NCBI GenBank assembly: GCA_001938485.1
Contig: MQRK01229288.1
Span: forward strand, 1-53,602
Source: Girardia tigrina
Taxonomy: Eukaryota
Direction: 5' to 3'
Length of the DNA stretch: 53,602 bases
The position numbers and the translations under genes are program-made. The notes beneath the pieces are model-generated. The model saw only the letters and a program-made list of their open reading frames with translations, ran no database searches and was not told where the DNA came from. Shown here piece after piece: positions 13,142 through 25,100 of the stretch (its first letter is position 1; each line of letters starts with the position of its first letter).

Positions 13142-13818
13142 TAGTTAAAAATGAGAGTCGTCATTTTAATTCGATAAATATGTATCTAGATAAAGATAGT
13201 TTTAAAATGTTTTTATATTTGAAAATTTAGCACTCATTCGATGTTTTGATCATGACGTTAAAATAAACGTTTTTTAATTATTGTACCTTTTTAACATTCT
13301 ATAAGCTTTCCGCATAGTTATGACTCAAACAAAATTATTTTTCATTAAAATATTATGGAATTGATCTTGAAGTCATTGAATTCTTTTAGAAATTTGTACT
13401 AATGTGTACGTTTTTTAAAAATACTAATAAAAAATTAATCCAATTGAAAAAATGACGATTCCTATCACTTATTTACTAATTATATTTCTAAAAATCAATT
13501 TAGTACAAATTTGGAAAATTTTTTTATCACCTGAATCATGGTTTTTCGGTCAAGCTAAAATTTTAATATGATCATATATGCTGATAAAATGCGAAATAGT
13601 GGCAGAATAGAATGTTAATTAACGTAAAGTTGAGGTCAATCTGCATAGCCCGCATCAAGACGGTTCTGTTGGTGTATCGCCTTCACCGAAAGGCGCCAGG
13701 AGCCGACTTATATGACCGACTGTTAAATAAACACAGAATTCGAAACAATAAATAATAAGTTATTATAATTATGATTTTAAAATTAAAACAAAAAGTTTCA
13801 AAGACAAAAATTCAGCTC

Positions 13819-13848
13819 ACCCATCATATATGACGGGTATTTTTCTAG
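13819..13848 (+). mobile_element. Helitron-like 3' terminus
   Basis: Hairpin ACCCATCATATATGACGGGT followed by ATTTTT, CTAG and T. Confidence 0.55.
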
Positions 13849-13879
13849 TTACAATATATTTATCTAACTATTTATATAA

Positions 13880-13935
13880 GGGTATCTGGACAAAATATCG
13901 AGGCTGCAATATATCGGACAAAAATATCGAGTAAC
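13880..13935 (+). repeat. Isolated MULE-like terminal repeat (GGACAAAATATC units)
   Basis: gggtatctggacaaaatatcga...ggacaaaaatatcga. No partner end found. Confidence 0.3.
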
Positions 13936-14427
13936 AAAATGAAGTTTGAATTATGAAAACTTTTATTTAAAAAAATAATAAAATAAATTTGTATTGTTTT
14001 TATTATTACATGATATTTTTTGTAAATATTTTTTTAGATATCCAAAAACTTTTCGTATAATTGGAAATAATTTACATATCATTATTATTACTTTTCGTGC
14101 AATAATGAATACTTAAAAATTTTCAGAATTAATCATGGAATTTAAAAAATAGCTTAAAAAATTTTAGTAACTAAAACTTTGTAATTTAAACTTTTTTTGT
14201 TTTACTTTTTTACCTAAAAAACTAAGATTTAGTTCATATAATCCTTTTCTTAGGAACTTCATCCAAACGATTCGAAAATATACCCGGATGTGGTTAAAAA
14301 TTGAACAATATATTTTTGGAAGTAAAAATAATCAACTCATAAAAAATAACAAAGATTTAAATAAGTCTTCTGCAGTTGTTCTTTGGTATGATTATATATA
14401 ATATATGAATATATAATTATATCTAAG

Positions 14428-15450
14428 AAAATATTCGCCATGCATGTTAAAGGAAAATCAATAAGGGAAATTTCAAAAATGTTATAGATAAGTAAATCGA
14501 CGGTGTTCGATAACATTAAAAAAGCTAAATACCGTCAGAATAACTCATCACAAAAGAAATCTGGACGACCAAAGTTGACTTCCGCTACTGATAACCGGTG
14601 TTTGAAGAGGTTAATTCCTCAATATCGTCGTGCTACTGTTCATGAAATCAACGAGAAATGGAGTATGCAAACAGGCATTTCTTCTTCTCCGTCCACTTGT
14701 CTACGTCGAATACATGAATTAAATTATTCATTTTACAAGGTAAGATTTTCTTAATGAAATATAAGCATTCTTTAAGGATAAAAACAAACCGTTTCTATCA
14801 CCTATTCAAAAGAAAAAGAGACTTGAATGGGTTCTTAATCATAGTAAATCGAGCCAAAAATTATTGGAATAAAGTTATTTTTTCAGACGAATCTCGTTTT
14901 TAATTGTCTTTTGGGCGAAAATGGAAAATCGGTCTTAAGACTTAGTACCGCGTCATTATTATCAGACTGTTTAAACCGAACTCTGAAATTTCCAGAAAGT
15001 GTAATGATTTGGGGTTGTATGACACGTAAAGGACTTGGTAGTCTTCACTTTATAGAGGGCACAATGAACTCTACAAAGTATACCGAGATATTAATGGAAA
15101 GTTTCATCCAATCTATTACGCAATATTTTGACAATGAAGATTTCATTTTTCAACAAGATGGAGCATCTTGTCATACTTCTAAATTTACAAAAACTTGGTT
15201 GATGAAAGATAATATGTCCTTCTGAACATGGCCTTCAGGAAGCCCAGATTTAAGTCCCATAGAGAATGTTTGGGCAGTTATGAAAAAGGAATTACGAATA
15301 AAACGTCCTAAAAATAAAATTGATTTGAAGAATAAAATTTTAGCAATATGGAATAGTTTTCCCATTGATAAATGTCAGGATTTATACAATTCAATGAATA
15401 TAAGAATGGAAGATGTCATAAAAGCAAAGGGCGATGTTACAAGATTTTAA
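14428..15450 (+). pseudogene. Tc1 DD34E transposase pseudogene with a 37-nt intron (14740-14776)
   Basis: HVKGKSIREIS, SGRPKLTS, VIFSDES, VMIWGC, FQQDGASCH and SPDLSPIENVW (D34E); ends AKGDVTRF*. Removing GTAAGA...TTTAAG restores YSFYK|DKNKPFLS..KRLEW. TIRs not identified. Confidence 0.9.
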
Positions 15451-16244
15451 ATAGTAGGTGCCCGAATTCTTTGGAATTTGAGAACAAATTTTTAAATGTG
15501 AATAAATTTTTTATTAGTTAACTTTTTTTTATTTCTTCAAATTATTTTAGAATTGTATTTAGATTATCGTTAAATATCAAATTAATTCATCTATAATACA
15601 AATAAGTGCATATTATTTATAATTTAAAATTTTTAATAAGAATTATTTTACATATGAATTTGGTACAATATTCAATATACTTCCTTTGTCAAATATCAAT
15701 AAAATTCTAAATAAATAACAATAACAATATTTTAACTAAACTAATTGTATTCATCTTTATCAATCATTAATGCAAAAAAGTAGAGTATCGCCAAAAAAGA
15801 AATTAATTCTGGGGAAGCAATAAAAAAGATGTACAAATCACTTCGAATATTCTATGAAAGGATAATTGTCCAAATATATTTGACTGAGTAAATAAATTGA
15901 GTGGTTGAGTTTTTTTCGGAAAATTCATGTTGTTATTGTAATAAAAAAGGCTCAGACAAAATGACAAGAAATTTAATTGAATCTTTTTAAATGAATAAAT
16001 AATACAGGACTAGATAATTTGTCGTTTATTTAAATGGATATTGTCTATTTATTTTTTGGAATTAGGTAATTAGACCACAATAAATGGTACTAAATTTCTG
16101 CTCTAACTTTCTGAATATCTCCAAAGTATTTATTATTATAATTTAATTAATTAATCTCTTAGGGATTATTGATTTTATATTTAAATAATAATTGTTATAC
16201 AACTATATTTATTTAACTAAAATAACACCATTTCAATTTTTATT

Positions 16245-16284
16245 AGAAAACATGTTTCGTCACTTTTGTATCATCTCCAGTTCT
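16245..16284 (-). ncRNA. Degenerate minimal type I hammerhead ribozyme
   Basis: AGAA-CTGGAGA-T-GATAC AAAA GTGAC-GAAA-CATG-TT-TTCT. Stem I AGAA/TTCT; core and stem II mutated. Confidence 0.6.
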
Positions 16285-16570
16285 GTATGTTAGTAAAAAA
16301 GTCATTTTTTATATCGTAATATGACCATCACGTCACAATATGTTACGTCAGAATACTCTAATATGATTGGACGAATCACTCTGCACATTTAAACTAGGTT
16401 TACAAAACTTTATTAACAATTTTCAGTAATTGTTCTTTCATAATTGTGATCAAAGTTACTAGTTAAACTATCAAAACTATCTTTGCATAGGAGTGTTAAT
16501 TAAGTATTGCAAAAGTTTTTAGACGTTTTTTTAAATTTTTCTCGAGACTGATATTTTATGATTTTTTATT
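16245..16570 (-). mobile_element. Penelope-like element 3' end (GIY-YIG C-terminus plus pLTR)
   Basis: Minus strand reads FDHNYERTITE..IKFCKPSLNVQSDSSNHIRVF* (stop at 16348), matching the end of ORF 47884-48288. Confidence 0.8.
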
Positions 16571-16769
16571 TATTTAGAAGCATTTCATAAAAGCTGATCG
16601 AAAAGTATCTTTATAATAATTTAATCGTACATTTCATTTTAATAAAACCAGGCTGTGAGAAGTGGTTGCAACGTCTATATCAGAATTCATTTTTTTAAAC
16701 ACCAAAATTTATTACTATAACAATTCACATTTCTAAAACAAATTTTCCTGTTAATTTAATTTAATTATC

Positions 16770-16988
16770 NNNNNNNNNNNNNNNNNNNNNNNNNNNNNNN
16801 NNNNNNNNNNNNNNNNNNNNNNNNNNNNNNNNNNNNNNNNNNNNNNNNNNNNNNNNNNNNNNNNNNNNNNNNNNNNNNNNNNNNNNNNNNNNNNNNNNNN
16901 NNNNNNNNNNNNNNNNNNNNNNNNNNNNNNNNNNNNNNNNNNNNNNNNNNNNNNNNNNNNNNNNNNNNNNNNNNNNNNNNNNNNNNNN
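16770..16988. other. Assembly gap (N run)
   Basis: Run of N. Confidence 1.
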
Positions 16989-17540
16989 ATTTTTAATTTT
17001 TTAAAATATTTAATAAGCAAATTAATATAAAAATATTTTACCCTTTAAATTAAAAAATAATAAACTATTCAGGCGAGATAAAAATTTAAAATTAACCCCT
17101 CATACAGGCATTTAGTTTACTGTAAATTTTATAAAAATTAAGTATACTGTAATCATAAAAATGTTGAAGATCTTGTGAACTCCAAGATAATATTTAGTGA
17201 AAGAATTGAGAGAAATATAAGAGATAAAACTCAAATGCTATTTCAATAATATTTAAAATGTGTAGTCATACAAATTGTCGAAATGTTTCAATCAAAACAA
17301 AAATATTCCACTGTTTGGATAGGTTTCATCTTCAAGACACAATTAACAGCTCATTGAAGTCCTCAAGAGAAAGGTAAAAAAAAGAGTAAGAAGAATTGAA
17401 CATTCATAAAGGAGAATATTAAAACTCAAAATCCCTTAAACAAAAAATAAATATTTATTCTTAAATATAATAATAACAAATATCCGTTTAATTTTTAATT
17501 TTAATTTTTTTGACTTTAAAATTATCTATAATGCTGATTT

Positions 17541-17720
17541 ATGTATTCCTGAGAAGAAATATCTCCAATACAATGTCAAATACCGGAAACATGGATTTAT
17601 CAATTCTCCAGTAAAAAGACAATTGCTCCTGTGTCTTGTTTGTGGAAAATCTTTTTATCAACTTGTCAACGGCACGGGCAATCCTAATGAAACATTTGAA
17701 AGCGTTTAAATTACCAAATC
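17541..17720 (+). pseudogene. BED-type zinc-finger N-terminus of a hAT (Buster/Charlie-like) transposase
   Basis: KKYLQYNVKYRKHGFINSP, frameshift, LLCLVCGKSF ... LMKHL, matching the Y..Y..GF...C.IC...L..HL pattern. Confidence 0.55.
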
Positions 17721-19848
17721 TTGTAAGTAATTGATGGCACTGGTAAAGCAATTTTAAAAAGAAGAGAACTTTTCCATTAAACATTTAACACTGTTTTTAT
17801 ATTTCAAAATACGGTTTTATATATATGAGGGGTTAATTTAAATTTTTATCTCGCCAGAATAATTTATTATTTTTTTAATTTAAAAGGTAAAATATTTTAA
17901 TATTAATATGCTTATTCAATATTTTAAAATTAAAAATGATATAATAAAAGAAAATCATAAAAAAATTAAATATCTATTTAAAAATAAAAAAATATCTATT
18001 AATGTATCGATCTTAAAATTAAAAATGTTAAGAAAACTATAAAATATTAAATATTTATTTATTAATAAAAATATTTTTAATAAGCAATTTTAAATAAATT
18101 TTAAATAATTTTTGAAATAAATTTTCAGGATTTTAAAAATTGAATCGAAAAGAATTTAATAGATTAATCTGCGGCGAGATAATTAAATTAACAGGAAACT
18201 TTGTTTTAAATATGTGAATTGTTATAAATAAATTTTGGTGTTAAAAAAATGAACTCGACTATCGATGTTGCAACCACTTCTCACAATATATAAATAATTT
18301 ATTTCTAAAATATAATTAAATATAATATAATATAAATTGATTAAAGATAATTTTAGATATTTTCTGTTTAATTAAAAAATCTTTACATCATCTCTGAAAC
18401 TTGTAATCATTCTAATCAACACAAATGCAACTCAAAGATTCAATTACCCGTGAATCGCCTTGAGGAATTTTCTTTGGTGAGACCTGATTCGGTTTAAATC
18501 AACGTTTTCTACGAGTTTTGTGAATTTATAAATAAGCCATGTTTCTCTCAGAACGTTGGCCGCGCAATTGCGCATCTGAATCGAAAATAAATAAATGTTT
18601 TTTGCAAAAATTGTACTCATTATTTTACTAATTTTCTTAACAAACTTATGTAAAAAAAGAAAATGATAATTTTTTTATAAATTAAAATTCATTTAGTTTA
18701 TTTGATATATATGTTTTTCTGATACTATAATAAGTGATGGAGTATTTACAATATACTCACCCCGTTTGCTACACTGATCTCTTCATTTTTATATTATACA
18801 TGAGAATATACTATTTAGAAAAATAACAATATACATTAAAATAATAATAATTATTATTGTTATGAATAAATTTAAATACAATAGATGCTTTTTTTACAGA
18901 AAACAATAAATATTTAAAATGTGAAGACAAAATAACCGTCATAACAAGCGCCTAATCCTTTCAATGAATTGTAAAACTGTTAGGATTATCAAAAATATCC
19001 ATATATATTGTTATGGACCACAACAGAATGTTTATTCTTATTTTGATTATTTTCATGTTAAGAAAAATTAATTTTTATTTAATAATATATATATACAAAA
19101 GAAATGCACCAAAATTAATTTTAATCACAAAAGTATTTTTAATAAAAAAATGAAGATATTAAAGGAACAGCTGATCACTCCGCCGACACTCAACAAAGAT
19201 TTCCGAGGCGTGAACATGAACATTGAAGGTCGATAAAACATCGTTTTCATTCTGACAGCGATCAAGGGTGACTACAATTAGGGTTAACTACAATTCACCC
19301 ACCATATTTGCAATAAAGCGGAAGTTGAAGTTGCCAAACGAGCTGCTGAAATTACCGAAGACGAATTGGAATGAATCAGAACGATCTGTCAAACCCCTCG
19401 TTCTACAAATTTACAATTTGGTTCTTGAACAGACAAAGAGACGTAAAGGATTACACTACCAAGAGAAGGTCCACGATACATTCAAAACATTGTTAATCAA
19501 TATACATATAACTAGTTGAGGAGAGCAGCACTGGTAATCACAAGCAAAAAATATATGCTATGAAAAACAATAAAAGACGTCATTTGAGTCTGAAAAAATT
19601 TTTAATATAAAATTTTCCTTATTCGAGATATATTTTGACTGATTTGTAAATATAAATGGTAATTGTGCAATAAACCTATATAATATCTAATGAAATACAT
19701 TTAGCAAAGTAGAAAAGAGCCTTGTTTGAAATGTTGTGCAATTGTTAAAAAATTTTATTTCAGAAAATTTCCCCTTTCAAAAATGATTTGAACAGGGATT
19801 TTAGATTCCTCGGTCGTGTCCCTTGGTTGCGTAGTAATTTTACTTTAA

Positions 19849-20815
19849 CCCACTCACTACCGGAGACCCGTATATGGGTTTACGACTTATAACTTTTGAA
19901 CGAAGAGGAATTTTTTAATGCGGTTTTATCTAAATATTACTATTAACTTTTCTAGTCCAGCTCTCTCGCTCTCTAGTTCAACTCAATTTATTGCATCAGA
20001 ACAAAACTGGAGCATGTGGAACAGTGAGAAAAAATCGTAAAGGATGCAAAAATTCACTGGAAAATCACGAAAAAGGAGTGGTTTTCGTCTTCAGCTCTTC
20101 TAGCAATGAAATGGAAAGACAAACTAGATGTCTACATGTTATCGACTGTAAATAGTACAAATTTCTTGAATAGTGGAAAAATTGATAGAATAAATGGAAC
20201 AGAAATTATGAAGCCCACTCTAGTCATGGAATATTCATAAAAAAATTGGAGCTGTTGATGAAACTGACATGCAGATATCATTCTCTGCATCAATTAGGGA
20301 ATCTTTGAAATGGTATAAAACACTTCAGAGATATAGTCCTTCAGAGAGAAATAGAGTTGTTAGACCTTCTAATGATTAATGACCTTCTAATGACCTTTGA
20401 GATTAGTTACTCGTCACTTTCCTAACAATGTTCCACAAGATCCAAAGAATAGAGAACGAAGTAGAAGAAATTGTATTGTTTGTAGTGTGAAACAAATTCG
20501 ACAATGAAGTTATTTCATGTGCTTTGACTGTAATGTGCCATTATGTGTACCAAATTGTTTCCGAATTTACCACACTAAGCTTCATTTTGATGTAGATGAG
20601 TGATAAAAACCAATTCTAATCAGCAAAATATAATAATACTGCAATATTCATTGAAAACTCTTGTTTGTAGCTTAAAAAACTCATTTTTGTAACTCTTATG
20701 TAATAAATATTTCTAAGTCTTTTTTTAAATTTTTTTCATGCTGAATTACCTTTGTTACGTCTAAAACTTCAATAAAATTAACATATCTCCAAAAAAAAAT
20801 TCGGTACTCAACTGG
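19849..20815 (+). mobile_element. Internally deleted piggyBac element
   Basis: TTAA|CCCACTCACTACCG ... CGGTACTCAACTGG|TTAA. Motifs MKWKDKLDVYMLST, GAVDETDMQ, LKWYK, and the C-terminal Cys-rich domain CIVC..CFDCNVPLCVPNCFRIYHT. Confidence 0.92.
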
Positions 20816-20819
20816 TTAA

Positions 20820-21460
20820 ATTCCTTTTTCCCTTTCATTGTTTTGTTATGTTTACGGCATTTACAATCGAGAAAATTCAGTTTTTTACTCGGTTTTCATT
20901 TCAGAACTTTCAAAAATATTGAATTGCCTTTTTAACTTTTTTTATTTTTATAACATTTCATTTTTACACACATTTTTTGAATTGAATTGACAACGATTTT
21001 TATTTTGGAAAATTCTGACAAGAGTTTTTTAATCAATCACAAAAACAAACATGCACACACACTTCAACCAACCATTCTCTTTAATTTCATTCACACACAC
21101 TATTTTTTTACATATCTTTGTCCTATTGGACAGACATACACACATCCAACATCAATCAATATTTACACACACCAATTGATTCCAAAGATTTCTCATTCAA
21201 ATTTTCGGGGATTTTCAATCATCGAATTCAAACTATTTATGATCCATTCCATTTAACCCAATTCAAATTTAACTATTTCACTACTTTATATCTTTTAACC
21301 AATTTAATTCCATCAACCAATTTATTTAATTTGTTATTAATTTACTCAATTAAATTGTACATTCTTTTACTTTAATTTAATTAAATTTATTTAACTCTTA
21401 ATTATTTCTTTTAATTTAGTTACATAATGTTTTCAAACTGGCAAAATGTTCGGTCAAACC
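20820..21460 (+). repeat. Unclassified dispersed repeat (related copy at ~41050-41985)
   Basis: Both copies share GAAAATT(C/G)TGACAA, an ACACAC-CAACCA tract, a TTTAA-rich tract and terminal AACTGGCAAAAT..GTTCGGTCAAA. Confidence 0.5.
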
Positions 21461-23023
21461 ATGAATTAATTTTTGCTGCAGATTTCAAGCATAATCTTTT
21501 AAATTCTTAAATACATATTTATAAATATGAATAATTATCAGAAAGAGTACATCTTGAGGAGGAAACGATTTGATCACAAAAGAAAAGTGGCTGTCAAATA
21601 ATATTTATACCTTTAGTTTATCAATGTAAATTAGCTATCCGGATAATGTTGTACTAGACTATTTACCTTGGATCAATTATTACACGGAAATCGGATGTGA
21701 TTGTTAATATATTCTGATAGCTCTCGATAGTTTTATCTTTTTTCTTATCACTTTTATTTTTAAAACTAAAATCAATCGTTTGTCTTATATCAATTTGTAT
21801 TCGAATCTTATTCGGGATTAATAATACTAGTTTGATGTACTAGATTATGTAAGTAATTTCTCTATTCTTGTAATATTTTTACGTCATTTTTATTTTTGAC
21901 ACATTTATTATTGTTCCTGTGGGAAAAATTTGAATTGAAACAATGAATTATATAAAAAATTTAAATTGAAACAATGAATTATATAAATTATATAAAACAA
22001 TAAATGTATAAAAACATTTCAAATAAATTCAAGAATCGTGAATATTGATAAATTGTTGTTTGTTGATGAAAATTTTTCTTTAAAATCAGAACAAAAAATA
22101 AAAATTGATTTCAAATAGAATTTCATCAACAGCACAATATTACAAATTTGCATGTAGAAGTATGCATAATAATGAGAGAAAATAACAAAATCATTTCAGG
22201 CATTTCCCTCATTAATTAAATTTAAATTTAATTTAAATCAATGAAAGTCAAAAATTGATTTAATCAAAACGCACTTCCTACCGTATTTCATAATATTAAA
22301 TAATACTCGATTTTTAATTTTTATAAAATCGAGTAATAGATACTGTGAGGGAAATTTCGGAATGTTGTAAGTTTGTTGTTTGTATGCTGTTTAGATTTGT
22401 GACTCTCTTACTCAGATGGATTGATATGTTATTTGATTGATTATTTGAATCTAATGAGATTAATTTAATAAGATTAATTTTTAAATACTAATTAATTTAA
22501 AGTTTTATAATTATAAATTTTAATTATATTTTTAGTATATTAAATTTAACTTATTTAAAATTTAATATATTTAAAAAACTAATTTTATTTAAAAAAAATA
22601 CTTAATGCATTTTTATCCAATAAAATTTTGAGAAATTAAAAGTTAATATTAATCTTGTCCCATTAAATAATTTTAAGATTTGAATTTAGACACAAAACCA
22701 TATTGATCAAGAATGACGATTTCCGCAGAAATTGCTACTGAAAATATTAGTGTTGTTAATAAATGTTTACATTCAAATTGTGATGTTGCTAATAGAGACA
22801 TTTTAAGACGATGCATTATCCTTAAAGAATTCCAAAAAATGAAGGTTTTTTATACTCCAAAATATACTGTATTTCAAATAAATTAGAATATCTAGTAAAT
22901 GACAGTTTAATTCATATATCGCTACAGCAATTAAATTTATTAAATTCTTCTTAATTTACATATAAATATTTAAAAAAAGACAATAGTGAATTTTTAAAAG
23001 TCAAAAAATTTTCGTCAGAATAT

Positions 23024-23068
23024 ATTGTGATTAATTTCGACGGATCAACCGTCATCATCAGACTGAAT
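23024..23068 (-). ncRNA. Minimal type I hammerhead ribozyme, intact core
   Basis: ATTCAGT-CTGATGA-T-GACGG TTGAT CCGTC-GAAA-TTAA-TC-ACAAT, ~65 nt 3' of the GIY-YIG stop. Confidence 0.85.
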
Positions 23069-23690
23069 TAACAATGATATACTCGCGTTTATATATCAAA
23101 GCAATGTTTATGTAATCATTATGTCATTTAAATCATGAAAATAGTTTCAATAAAGTTGAAGAGGATGGTGTTTGGACATTGATTTTAGGATCAAAAGATT
23201 TGATCAACAATGTTTCACACATAACCCTCTCCCAGTAATTATCAAATTGTGAACACAAAATCTTAAAATTACTTACGTCAACTTTACTATTCAAACAGTT
23301 CTTCTTATGTTGAGCAATATTGCTATCACTTTCCCTGCGATTATGTTCCTGAATCCGTTTACAGAGATGAAGTCTCTCCGATGTATGTGGCGTCACACCC
23401 ATTACATTTATATTGATAAACTAAATTGGAACATAACCCAGTTGGAGTGATAGATTTACTACTAAACAAACTTCCTATCTTACATGATCTAGATACAATT
23501 TTTAAATTTAATAAATTATTTTCATCATGTTTCAAAATAGAGTTTTTGATTTCCTGAAACCCTCAGAGTAGGGAACAGTCAAAACAAAACCAATATTATC
23601 ATAATTATTATTTATCTGATTTTTGTTTTTGTCGCTATTTATTGCATTTGATTTTTCATTTTCATTTTCCGATTTAATTAATTTGTTTTA
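23024..23690 (-). mobile_element. Penelope-like element, inverted 3' copy (linker, GIY-YIG, pLTR)
   Basis: ORF 23133-23402 (RIQEH..ERVMCETLLIKSFDPKINVQ). ~23440-23690 is the reverse complement of ~23970-24235. Confidence 0.9.
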
Positions 23691-25100
23691 TAATGTTTTA
23701 CCATTCTTAGATCTTTTGATAGAAAGAGCAAAAAACAACCATTTTGAAACTGGGATCTATAGAAAGAAAACTGATACAGGGTTATATACAACCCCTAACA
23801 GTTTTTGTGAACCTAAATATAAAAGAAATATGATAAAAGGTTTGATCTATAGGTCTTGGGCACTTTCGTCTACGTACGCTAAATGTAATGAAAGTATTGA
23901 TAAGTTAATGAATTTACTTCATAATAATGGATATTCCAAATCGATAGTTGAAAAATTAACTCTTGAAACTGTCGATAAATTAATTAAATCGGAAAAGGAA
24001 AAATCAAATACAATAAATAGCGACATAAACGAAAATCAGATAAATAATAATTATGATAATATTGGTTTTGTTTTGACTGTTCCCTACTCTGAGGGTTTCA
24101 GGAAATTCAAAAACTCTATTTTGAAACATGATGAAAATAATTTATTAAATTTATAAATTGTATCTAGATCATGTAAGATAAGAAGTTTGTTTAGTAGTAA
24201 ATCTATCACTCCAACTGGGTTATGTTCCAATTTAATAAATATTGTTTATTTTTAAATATGTATTTAATTTTTGTGATTTTCTTTATAAATTTAATGGGTG
24301 TGAAAGTTTTATAATTTGGTTCTTAGTTTAAAAAAATCTATAAACTTTTTTAACAAGGAAAACATGGTTGTAATTCCATTTGATAACATTTTTGTTTTTA
24401 AAAATTTTCTAAGAAGTAGAAAGACTGTAAATAGTATTTATGCTATTTTAATAATCACTAGAATCTATAATTTAAACATCCAATTTTGATTAATGACAAT
24501 AATTCACATAATTAAACAAGTTTCTTGTTAATTCAAGTATTTCGCCAAAAACAATCTAAATTAAATTTTTCCTCCACTTCAAGTTGTAGAATTTAAGAAA
24601 TTTTAAAATTTTAAACTAAAAAAATAATTTTTAAATTACAACTAAAAATTTTTATAAAATTTTATCTTAAAACTAATTAATTTTAATTAACCATGAGCCT
24701 TTTATTTGAAAAATGATTTCTTAAAATATTAAAGTTTAATCCGTTTATTATTTATTTTAACATTCTTATTCCAAAACTTTGTTGACTGTAAATATTGTTT
24801 ATTTTTAAATATGTATTTAATTTTTATGATTTTCTTTATAATATAACTTTTAATTTTAAAACTTTTGTATTTACTTACTTTTCTAAAACTTTCAACAACG
24901 CCACATACATCGGAGAGACTTGTCGATATCTCTGTAAACGGATTCAGGAACATAATTCCAGGGAAAGTGATAGCAATATTGCTCAACATAAGAAGAACTA
25001 TTTGAATAGTAAAGTTGATGTAAGAATTTTAAGATTTTGTGTTCACAATTTGATAATTACTGGGAGAGGGTGATGTGTGAAGCATTGTTGATTAAATCTT
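23690..25100 (+). mobile_element. Penelope-like element (RT thumb, linker, GIY-YIG), 5'-truncated and interrupted
   Basis: LPFLDLLI..YRKKTDTGLY..KRNMIKGLIYRSWALSS (ORF 23623-24156). ATYIGETCR..RIQEH resumes at ~24899. Confidence 0.9.

Larger units (their letters stand above)
16654..18285. mobile_element. Long-TIR foldback DNA element (~450 bp arms; left arm contains a gap)
   Basis: TGTGAGAAGTGGTTGCAAC ... GTTGCAACCACTTCTCACA. 16654-16769 mirrors 18178-18285 and ~16990-17105 mirrors ~17822-17935. Confidence 0.8.

Noticed and set aside
19154-19520. KILKEQLITPPTLNKDF as a Gypsy RT/RNase H linker, and ORF 19268-19519
   Set aside because: No DAS or other downstream motifs; too weak to call.
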